Source: Azolla caroliniana (Eukaryota > Plantae > Polypodiophyta). From it: 64,000 nucleotides of DNA. A program made the position numbers and the translations under genes. This document shows positions 37,224 through 49,200 of the stretch, in pieces. The notes beneath the pieces are model-generated. The model worked only from the letters and a program-made list of their open reading frames with translations. It did not search any database and had not been told where the DNA came from. Location: NCBI GenBank assembly GCA_043228905.1, contig JBHGNT010000002.1, forward strand, positions 20,522,001-20,586,000, written 5' to 3'. Position 1 is the stretch's first letter. Every line of letters starts with the position of its first letter.

Positions 37224-40200
37224 ATTATCCTCACTGGAGGTAAAATATTACCACCGATGGGACTGATTTGAGTCATTTTCATGTAGCATCTGAAGACTTG
37301 GTTATTGATTCTTCATGATCAAGAATTCGACAAATGAACATTGCAACTGAGTGTTAAATTGTATGTTGTGTTTGGCTAGGGCTGAAAATGTGGGGTAAGC
37401 AAGGTCACAGATGATTGAACATGGAGCATTTCAGCAGAGCGTGATACTCAGGCTTACAAACTCGTTTGGGGTAAAGCATGCATACTCAATGCGTCTCCTT
37501 ACTGGAACCTCAATGCCCTGTCTCACATTGGAAAAAGAGATAAAGAAAAGAAACCTACATTAACATTGTTGAGGAGGCCAAAATGGCCTATAGGACGGAA
37601 CAAGAGATTACATGTTGAAGGCAATAATCAAGATTAAAGATATTTCTAAATCTATCTAGTTACCTCCCCTATGAAGAGAGCTAAGGCTGTAGAGAAGACT
37701 TGGATGTTACAAGTGTATTAAACAATCACTACTAGCAAATCATGGTTCTTGAAACTGGATATGTGCACATTGTCTTTGAAGGGAACTAAGGCTGCATATT
37801 GACATGAATTTTAGCACATGGAGAATTGAGGACATTTGAATGTGATATGTGTAGGATCGTGTGTTTGCAACCTTTTCCTCTATGAAGAAGAATTCTTGTT
37901 CTGATATTTGTACCCATGCTTGAGTGGCATTAACATCTTTTAAGAGGCCAAAATGACCTAGAAGACCAAACAAGAGGTTACATCTGAAGTGTTATCTCGT
38001 CTTTGAGGACAACAAATCAAAATAAATGTTATTGAGTAAAAGTAAATAGTCTAAAAAGAGACTAAAGAATCTTGTTATTGGTACATGTAAGATTCCCAAG
38101 TAAGATATACTATAATTTTTGTCTTCGGAAGATCTCTAGAATAGGTTGATCTAGAATGGAGAGGTCTCCAAACTGAGGGAAGCATTTGCGATGGTGGGAG
38201 ATAATGGCATTTGTGTGTCAATGACAAGGGTGGTGATATCATGGGCCATGAGGTTGGGGTCTATGTGATTGACGAATTGCTATAGCCCGACCTATTGTAA
38301 CCCCTTTGCTATGTCTTGGTCGGGAGCCCATTTATGTAGCCGTTAATTGACTTGTAGCATGAGTAGGAGTCATGGGCTAAAGAAAGTTGTGATTGTTCTT
38401 TGTTGATGAGCTTGTGTGGCTGTACTATTGTCCTTCAACAAATTTTCCCCATGTCTCTTGAGTTCTAGCAAGAAAAGCCCCGAGCACCATTGGTCCTCAT
38501 ATTCCATTACCTTGCGTAGTGGGCCAAAGCCTTGCTTAAAGAGGCAATGGTATCTCCTTATTTCATAAAAACCATTATAGTGACAAACTTTGAGTTCTTC
38601 AAATTCCACTCCCCGATGACACAATGGCAAATTCTTTCTTCTAGAGGTTTCATACATATATGCCTACCTCAATCTCTAACAGATGTGATGAAGTTTGCAG
38701 CTGCCCTATCACACTGCGTGATGCATAGGATAGATATATGTCCATAAAAGATGACCTGATGATGAATCCATCATCCAATGTGTCTAAAAAGTGTCTTATA
38801 GTGGGCCATCTTCATACTTGTCAAGGGATATTTTGGGGCTGATCCATATTATCTTGTTTTCCAAGTTAATAATATTAGTTTGAATCACTCCATTCTTTTC
38901 CACAGTGGTTCTGTCTTAGAAAGAAAGAAAGATATAATAACATCTTTTAAGAGGCCAAAATGGCCAATAAGACCAAACAAGAGATTATATCTTAAGTGTT
39001 GTCTCGTCTTTGAGAACAACAAATCAAAATAGAGTAAGTATTACTCAGTAAATATAAAGGTAAATAAGATAAAAACAGAGGGAATTTGATTTTTGGCACA
39101 TGTGTGATATTCTCAAGTTAGATATATTGTAACTTTTGTTTTCGAAAGGTCTCTAGCATAGGTCGATCTAGAATGGAGAGGTCTCCGAAGCAAGGGAAGC
39201 ACCTGCAATGGTGGGAGATAATGGCTTTTATCTGTCAATGACGAGGATGCTGCGGTCGTGGTCCATGGGGCCAGGGTCTACGTGCATGACAAATTGCTAT
39301 TGCCCGATCTATTGTAACCCCTTTGTTATGTCCTGGTCTGGGAGCCCATTTGTGTATCCCTTGATTGACTCGTAACATTAGTAGGAGTAATGGGGCTAAA
39401 GAAAGTTGTGATTGTCCTTTGTGGATGAGCTTGTGTGGCTGCATTATTGTCCATCAACAACTTTTCCCTATGTCTCTTGGGTTCTAGCAAGAAAAGTCCT
39501 AGGCACCGTTGGTCCTCATATTCCATTACCTTGCGTAGTGGGCCAAAGCCTTGTTTAAAGAGGCAATGGTATCTCCCTCTGATTTCAGCCTTGTTTAGAG
39601 AGAAAGAAAGATATCTTAACATCTACTAGATGCCAAATATCGTGATATGAGTGAATTCATGTCATCCATACTAAGACAAAAATGAAACCTCAAATTTGCC
39701 TAAAGTTCTATGATCATTATTTGAGATAGTGTACAAGCATGAATTACATAGTTAATATCCATGAGAGTAATGGTAACCTGTCTATGTATCCAAGGTTGGT
39801 TGGTGCGGTAATGATGCTATGATGAAGCATAACTAGTGCATCAGGATGTCCTTGTGTGAATTGGACATGATGAGCAATTATTTCCATGAATTGGTGATGG
39901 CATGGCCCTTGTCTTATATCTTAGTACCTGTGGTCTCCTTTATTGTCAACATTCCTCTACTGTGACTCCTCGGCATGTTGTTAGTGGACGTAAAGAGCTA
40001 TGGAAGAATTTGTGTTTGCATCCCACATGCTAATGTAAGGTTTGACGCCATATGATTTTGAAACTCAAGCAACAATTTTTCAAACAGCTGCAGGTCAGCG
40101 TTCTCCATCATTTATTGAATGGTGATGGAGTACACATAGAGGGTAGCATACTTTTTTCTGATGCGGTTGAAGGTTGGGCACCTACACATAGAATTTTTTG

Positions 40201-43200
40201 ATCTCTCCTTTACATAATTTGTAGAATCTTTCAACTGTAGGTAAGAGAAGTGCTCATCCTGCCTGGATCTCTAGTTAGTGGGAGGAAACTCCAAGTTGAC
40301 CTATTGCTTTGTGGGAATGTAGATGTGCATGTACCTTGGTATCTGTATGAATCCTTCTGCTGAAAAGTTAAAGAAATGAACTTTGTAGTGAGCCATCTTT
40401 GGGTGAAGTGGTTTCCTTGGTGTGGGGCCAAGTCATTTGGTTATAGAACTGCCATAGATCTTGCTACAATGCCTTTTTTCTTTCATTATTTGAAAGAGGA
40501 TCACTTGTGAATACCATGATCCTTCTGTGGGTTTTGTTGCCGTTTGCTTTGATGCGTCAAACACATTACATGTAATTCTATGAAGTGGCGTGGTTTGAAT
40601 CTGATTGAGGTTCACTGTCCGGAATATATCTTCTACCATCATGAGGGCTGCGTCCAATTCAGCACTGATGGTCTCGGTGGGGTGGATGCTTTGCTGTGTA
40701 TCATCCAGGTGTCCACTTGATTACCTCCAAAAACTTGTCTCAACATGGTGCATATATAGCCTATATCATGTCATAGGAATTTTGTGTCCACCGAATCTTT
40801 GTAGAAGCTCCCTTGGTACAATATCAAAGGCCTTGTGGAAATCTACAAAGAATTTGTATAATCGCTTCTTTTCCGTCTTTGCTTCATCCACAAGCAACAT
40901 AATTTAAGGATGAGGTCCATGATATGTAAGGCACTCCTAAATCCTCTTGTCTTAACCCCGGCATAAATGTTGCATTCTGACTATCTATACATGCAAGGTT
41001 ATGAAGTCAGATTGTTTGTATATTTAGTCTTCATAGGATCTCCAACATGGGTTGATCCTGAATGGAGAAATATCCGAAGTGAGTGGGTACTTGCAATGGC
41101 AGGAGATAATTGCTTTCATTTTTTGATGACAAGGGTGGCGACATTGTGGCCCACAGGACCTTGGGTCTATGTGCACGACAAATTGCTATTGCCTGATCTA
41201 GTGCAACCCCTTGGTAGTGTTCTGGTCAAGACCTCACTCGTGTACCCCTTATTTGACTTGTAACATGGGTAGGAGTGATATGGCTAAAGAAAGTTGCAAT
41301 TGTTCTTTGTTGATTAGCTTGCGTGGTTTTATTGTTGTCCACATCACAACAACTTCTACCCGCGTCTCTTGAGTTCTAGAAAGAACAATTCCAGGCACTA
41401 TTGGTCCTCATATTCCATTATCTTGTGTAGTGTGCCAAAGCATTGGTTAGAGAGGTAATGGTATCTCCCTTCTATTTTATTTAAAACATTGGAATGTCAG
41501 ACATAGTATCCTACCAAGAGATGTTGTGGGGCTGATTCATGTTCTTTTATTATCTAATATGATAATATTAGTTCATATCACTCTATATTCTTTTCAACTT
41601 TGATCATGTTTAGATGGGGACAATCCAAGCTATACTTGTGCCATGTGATTGGAGCTAGTGTTGTGTTTCAGCATACTGACAATGATTATCTTTGTGTTTA
41701 GCAAGTTGTTTGGTGACATAAATGCCAATCTTGAATACATTTGTTTAAGGAGCTTCCAAAGCTGTTGGATACTGGTCTATAGTCCATCTTGAGATCCTAA
41801 CAGACTCTCACCTCCTGGAAGTTGGTGCTAGAGGAGATGAATTTGTGGCATCCCAATAATTGATGAACTTAAAATTATGAGGTCCAAAAGCTTGTTTTGT
41901 AAAGTCGAGATTGTGAAGTTGTACTATGAAGCCTATTATTAGCTTGTAAAAGCTTGAGAGGTTAAATACATTGTCTATGCACGTCTCCTCTATAATGTAT
42001 AGGGGAGTCTCCCCTCTGAATGGATTACCTTAAGTTGATCGACACCAGTCATGGGATGCCAATCTGTTGGTTTGTTGTCTATTTAGCAATCATGTATTAT
42101 TAGCTCATTGTCTTATTTGCATAATTAATCTTTGTTCTCTCATCTGTTTCAATACTTCTTCCTCTTGCTTGTTGTCTCTCTTGTTTGTCTCTATGCCACT
42201 GGCCCATGGGTTTTGCCAATGACAATGCTGCTTTGTTCACTCATTCTCTTGCGAACTATTGGCACTAGGGATCGGCAACGGCTCGGCTCAAGCCTAAACC
42301 GTTTGGCTTAGCCGGCTTGAAAACGGCTTAGCGGCTTAGAGGCTCGGCTCGGCTCGGTTTAGGCTTGAACTTGCCTTAACGGTTTGAGCTCGGCTCGGCT
42401 TGGCTTGAGCCTCGCCAAACCGGCTAAGCCGGATAAACCGTTTAAGCCGTTTATAAACTTTAGAGAGGGGGAGAGAGACAACAGACAAGGGGAAAGAGAG
42501 AGAGAGAGAGAGAGTGAGGGAGGGAGAACTACATAGACGAGGAGAGAGAGACAGAGGGAGGGAGACAACATATAAGGAGAGAGAGACTACACAGAGGGGA
42601 GAGAGAGAGAGAGAGAGGAACTACATAGAGGGGAGAGAGAGAGAGACTACACAAAGGGGAGAGAGAGAGAGAGAGGAACTACATAGAGGGGAGAGAGAGA
42701 GAGAGAGAGGAACTACATAGAGGGGAGAGAGAGAGAGACTACAGAGAGGGAGAGAGAGAGAGAGAGGAACTACATAGAGGGGAGAGAGAGGGAGAGGGAG
42801 AGAGAGTCAGAGACCACATACGTGAGAGAGAGTGGGAGGGAGAGCTTGTACAATGTATAGTATATAGTATATAGTATATAGTGAATCATTTGAGAGAGAG
42901 GGAGGTAGGGAGAGAGAGAGAGAGAGAGGGAGGTTTCTAAACCGGTTTACAAGCCGTTTACCAAGCCGGTTCACAAACCGGTTTAGCCTAACCGGTTTGT
43001 GAACCGGCTCGGCTCGGCTCAGGTTTGAGATCCTGTAAACGGTTTAGGCTTAGCCGGTTTGGCTTGGATCAAGCCAAACTGGCTAAGCCTAAACCGAACC
43101 GTTGCCGATCCCTAATTGGCACTCCAAAAAGTATATAAATACATTACAAAAGTCAAGAATATGCCGAATCATCGATTACCACACCTTGCTTGGAATGTTG

Positions 43201-46200
43201 GATGTAAGCTACAAAAGAATCATAAAAGTAAGATTCTCTCATCTGGTTGGGTTGTTGACATAAAGAAATGATTTAGAAGATGGGGTTTGGATGATCTTTT
43301 AGAGCTTTCGGGCAATGCTATGCAGTATGTAATGATTGAGGAAAGGTTGGTGGAATCATTAAGGATGAAGTGGAAAGATGCTAAGAGGACAAAGCTAGAA
43401 TACTACAATGCAAATGTCAACCCTCAATGTTAGTCTCAATATAAAGCAAGAATGCCTATTGATCGTATCCAACCTTATCTCATTACCAATATGAGTAGTA
43501 ATGCTCGTAGAGCCCACATACTACTTCACACTCGATCTCACAAGTTAGGTATTGAAGTTGCATCATGGTATCAAAATGTAACTAATTTGAAGACATGCAA
43601 AGTATGCAATGAAGGCATGGTAGAGGATGAATGTCACTTGCTCTTCACATGCTCGGCATATAGTGCAATTCATTCAAGATATGCTGACATACTAAGAGGG
43701 AGTGATAACTTAAGTGCGATACTTAAGACACCACCAAGAAGGTTGAGCTCATATGTGTATGCTTTATTCACACATAGAGACTTTGTGCTTCAATGTATGA
43801 ATACCCCTTCTTAGGAAGGAGACACATATCAAGAACACATGTATACTCTGGTCCCATAGGTCAAAATTGGCCTCGTTATGGATGATAAAAATTCTAATTC
43901 TAATTCTAATTCCTCATGTTTGGATTTTCTTTGCTCATCCTCTCCTCATCCAATCCACTCCACCATGACCCTGCTTGTCCTCTTATCTTGCATCCTCTCT
44001 CATCTTCTCCACCTTGTCATCCAATTCACTCATCCCTGCCTCATTCTCAATATCATCCAATCTGCTGTGTCCAGCCCATGGGTTGCGCCCAAGCCCCTTT
44101 CCCTTGCTGTCTCCACTCATCTGATTCCACTCCTTCGTTTACCTTACCCAAATCCTCACAATCTCAGTTTCGCATCCATTCATCAACACTTGCAATCGCC
44201 CCCTTGCCTGGTGTCTACCTCATCCACCCACCCAACCCCCCTCCCATCTGCCCGTTCACCATCCATTCATCTGGACATCCACTCATCCTCTCATCCATCC
44301 ACACTCATTTGCCGATCTGCTTATCCTCCAATCCATCCTCTCCAACTTCTTAACTCCCACATCCAGACATCCTCTGGTCTGGACTTCCCCTCTTCTGCTT
44401 GTACTCCCATCTGATCTCCACAATTGTTTTCTAACATAGAAATCAACCACTTTACTTTCGATGGGGGTTGAGAGTTGGGAGTCCATATGTTTTATTGTCA
44501 AATGGCAGGATGGTAAGACATTCATCTTGACGTGTTGATACTGAAACAAAGAAGCATGCACATTTATTTTTGAATTGATGTTTCTTTTCCACATTTTATG
44601 TGACTTGAGATTGGAATATGCTATTCATCATGAGTTGCTGTGGCTATCACTTGATTCTTGCACAACTTCTCTGGGAAAAAGTAACTAACTTCCATTGAAT
44701 ATTTCTTTCTACAGATTATATTTTACGGAACTCAAGATCGGAACACCACCTTCCTCCTATTATGCGCAAGTAGATACTGGCAGCGATTTGCTCTGGCTAT
44801 CATGTGATTCTTGCAGAACTTGTCCAATGAAAACTAACCTCGGGGTATGTTTTCCATCCATTGTCAAGGATTCTTTTAAGTAGTCTCATCATAATTCATT
44901 TGATTTTCGTTTTTATTTTTTTGTGCCATGTAGAGAGGGTTTGAGGCCACATTAGTGTAGTATATTTCTTTTTCAGATCAGTTTGCAGCCCTACAGTCCA
45001 GTTCTCTCAAGAACAAGTCATTTACTTGTATGTGAAGAACAGTTTTGTGGGACAAGTTGTGCACCAGGAAGGCTATGTACATATAAACTAACATATGGCG
45101 ATGGGAGCACAGCTGAAGGTTTCTACATTCAAGATAACTTAGTGCTACAAAACACGAATAACAAGTCATCCATCGGTACTATTGTATTTGGGTAAATAAT
45201 TTGTTACATATCTGCTAGAAATGGGTGTATTGCTATGTTAAGATGAATTTGACACCGGTAGAATAGTGAAAGGAAATTCAATACAACATGATTCAACACA
45301 ATCTCATAATGAAGTGTGTGGAATCAGCAGAGTAACTAGACTATTGTTGTGATTGTTGCAAACTGTTTAACACAGACTAAAAGTAATAGAGAGCGTTACA
45401 TGATTAAGTAATTTTGCAAACATGGTTAAATTCCTTCACTACACGGTAGTTAGGAAACATTGGAGCCCCATTAACACATGTGAAAATTAGCACATTGGGC
45501 GTTTTTCATACCCAGTTGCATAATGGCCCAGGTACATGTTTTCTTATATAATGGAAATATTGGTCCACCCTTACTCTGATGTAGAGGCTGAGAATTAAGG
45601 TGGCGGGTGGATTGTGAAGATTCACTGAAGTGTCAATTTTATCATACTAGGTTTTTGATGTTTATATTTAGACTTACAAACCGCTGTATGGTTCGAGGAT
45701 TTGGATGGGTGATGGATATATTCATGTTGGAGTCATTTTTATCATACTAGTCTTCCGGATTTTAACATTTAGATTTTCTTTGTATGGTCTTCGGCACTTG
45801 TATGTTTTTTATTTAATATGTAGTATGAATCCATGGAAATGTGAATTCTGATGATAGTTGCTGATTTCTTGGTTATTCAGATTGGATGATATTGTAGACA
45901 TGCATGCTATTTCTTGTTTTACAGCTCAATCTGTAATCTACTTTGATACCAGGATCATCTCTTAATTCGTTTGAGCCAAATCTAGCTGATATAGTGTTTA
46001 AATCAAAGGATGCAAGCATTAAATAATATGTTCTCATTTGATTATGCCATTGTTTCAGTGAATGAGCCAGAATTTTAATATAATCATGCAGCGGTTTGCT
46101 TGCCATTATTTTATCAAATCTTATTGTTTGTATGAGTGCCTAGATGCTTGAAGATGGAAGCAATTACAACACTTTGGTAGTTCAGATGGTAGCTAAGATA

Positions 46201-49200
46201 GTGGGGTGATTGGATCATATACACTTTGGAATAATATAGGGGGGATTTGGAGCCTTAACACTTCTCAATTGGGATTGAATGTGTTGCAAAAAGCATTCTA
46301 CTTTTTCCATTTATGGCATTGACTGACAACTTTTTTTTCTCATCACAATTAAATGGCTAGTCTCATCTTTGTTTACTACTCTGCTTATTTCACTTCTGAG
46401 AGCTCCATGGACAGTTCAGTCTTGAGAAAGTGCTGCTATTGTGAGTATTTGATGCATGATCCCAGTGGTTAAAACTGAACTTGTTCTGAGTGTAATGTTA
46501 GTTCATGATTGCGAGAATTTAGGATTTTTGTTCTGAGAGGTACCTTAAGCACTCAATAGTGAACAATGCAATCATATGGAATTGGAGCCTCTTTTCAACT
46601 GTAGCAGTGATGCGAAGATAGTCTATGGGATTCATGTCTATCCAGTTTCTTGAGCTAAGTACAAATAGAATATCCATTTATGTATACGAGGAAAATCCTG
46701 CTGCCATTGTTTCATTTTAAGATTTTGATCAGCATTGAGGGACTTCCCTTCTTTTCCTTATTTCTTTCCCATATGATTTGTCTATGAAGTCATGACTCAC
46801 AGCTACGTTTTCCAATGATTTTTCATACATATGAGTTGTCTATGAAGTTTCTTTCAATGTCTGATATATGTGTGTACATCCAGCTTCCATGCTCCTCTGA
46901 ATAATTTAGATCAGGTTTTCTATGAGAGTTATGACTCACAGCCATGCTTTATTGGGACAATTTGTTTTATTCTTGGGAATTTGGAGGTGGTTTTTGGATC
47001 AATTTCTCCTCTGAAGTTTAAAGTATTATAGCATCCATTACTAGGGAGTAATGGGTGCAAGTGAGGTTTCCATCTCAAAAAGTGTGCATTCAAAAAACGT
47101 TTCGGGTTTTTATGTAGTCTTTTGTTAATGTCTCATGCAATAGATGATATTATCATGATGTTAGGATTCTTATTGTTTATTCTCTTAGTAAAAGTTTTCT
47201 CATTGTGTTGATTCCAGATGCACGGTTTATGCAAATAGAGGTTTGGATAACAATGCTCAGGACCATGATCAGGCCTTGGATGGCATTTTAGGGCTTGGCC
47301 CATCAAATTCATCAATAATTCAGCAGTTGGCTCACCAAATGAAAACTCCTCAAGTCTTTGCCCATTGTTTGGAGGGTGAAGATGGTGGGGGTGGCATCCT
47401 TGTGATAGGACATGTGATGGAGTCTGGGCTATCTTACACGCCGATACAAAGACATCAGTTGAGTATGAGTCTAATGCATGTTTCTTAATTTTAATTCAGT
47501 GCGAATGAATGTATGTATACTCCAAAGAAAAAGAAAGAAAGAGATATTAACATCTTTTAAGAGGCCAAAATGGCCTATAAGACCAAATAAAAGAGATTAC
47601 ATTTCAAAATGTTGTCTCATCTTTGAGAACAAACCAAAATGAATGTAACTAAGTAAAAGTTTAAATAAAAATAAAAGTGACCAAAGAATCTTGTCATATA
47701 TAGATGTAACCCACTTGTGTAGCCCTTGATTGACTTGTAGCATGAGGAGTGATGGGGCTATAGAAAGTTGCCATTGTTCTTTGTTGATGAGCTTGTGTAG
47801 TTGTGTTGTCCAACTTCTCCCTTTGTCTCTTGGGTTCTAGCAAGACCCCAAACACCATTGTACAGTTGCAAACATAGTGCTCTTCAGATTCTACTTTCGG
47901 ATGACTCAATTGGCAAATTCTTTCTTCTAGAGGTGTTCATGCATATCTGCCTACCTCAATCTCTAACAGATGTGGATGAATCCACCTAGCAAGAGATGTT
48001 GTGGGCTGATCCAGGTTCGTCTTTTTCCAATTTGATAATATCAATTTGGATCACTCTATTCTTTTCCTCTTTGGTCATGCATGTTTAGATGGGGACAAAC
48101 CAATCTATCCTGGAACAAGGATAGTGCATTTCTGCTTATGCCATGTTGCCATGTTACTTGAACCATTGTTGTGTTTCAGCTACCAACAATGATTATCTCC
48201 CTGTTCAGCAAATTATTTTGGTTGACACAGGTGCCAACTTTGAGTAACTTCATTTAGGGAGCTCCCAAAGCTGTTGGATATCAGTTTTTGATTGGAATAA
48301 TGCCTTGGTGATTGTTGGGGCTACTCTCATCTTCGCCTAAATCATATCATGGAGCAAAAAAGAAGTGAAGATATGTAAACATAATTGAAGAGCCCTATGA
48401 GACCAAATGAGAAATTACATCTTAAAAGTTAACTTGTCTATGTAGAACTTAAAACTTGAACAAAATAGTGGAACTTTAATGTTTTCAGCAGTGCATTGTG
48501 TAAATATACGAAAGTATCCAGCCAAGTCAAGAAAACATATGCTAGTAGAAATTTATCACTTGATGAATGCTGAAAACATTCAAGGATATTTGAAAATTTA
48601 TATATAGGTACTTAGTTCTTGCTTTAGTAGTTAGAAGCTTATTTTACATAATTAATCTATTTTTTACCATCCATTATAAAGGATTACATATGATAGATGA
48701 GATTAAGAGTTACAGGACCACCTCCATCCATGTTTATGACTAGACTGCTTCCATAATCAGTCCTTAATTATATGTTTTCCTATGAAAAAGGAAATGCATT
48801 TCCAAAAGGTGAAGCGTTTTCCCTAAACATTTAACATATTCCTCTCCGATTCTATTCCAAATATAACTGACCATGAAGCAAAGCCATTGTGAAGCCTATA
48901 TCAGCAGAACTGAAAGGTGAATTAGCTGAAATCTTTCACACATCACCTCAACTGCATGGTATATGAGATTGATCCTTTGGAACAGTAAAAGAATGATGTG
49001 CTTTGAATTGGAGATGGAGCCCTTGTCTGCATGATGACTTTCTTAAGAAATGAATGCTTAATGCGTCCTGATCAATGCATTTACTAACGGATGCATACAT
49101 GAATGCATGTTAACTATGTACGTATATAAATAAGTATTTATTATGGATGTACCAATATTACATACTTCTTTATATGCCATTTGGATACTGAGATGTGCCA

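Noticed and set aside
36846-37271. 141-aa hydrophobic ORF overlapping protease exon 1
   Set aside because: It is an alternative frame running through microsatellites. The protease frame splices correctly to exon 2.
43878-44414. 178-aa and 145-aa His/Pro/Ser-rich ORFs
   Set aside because: They come from a C/T-rich low-complexity intronic tract that lacks stops by composition.
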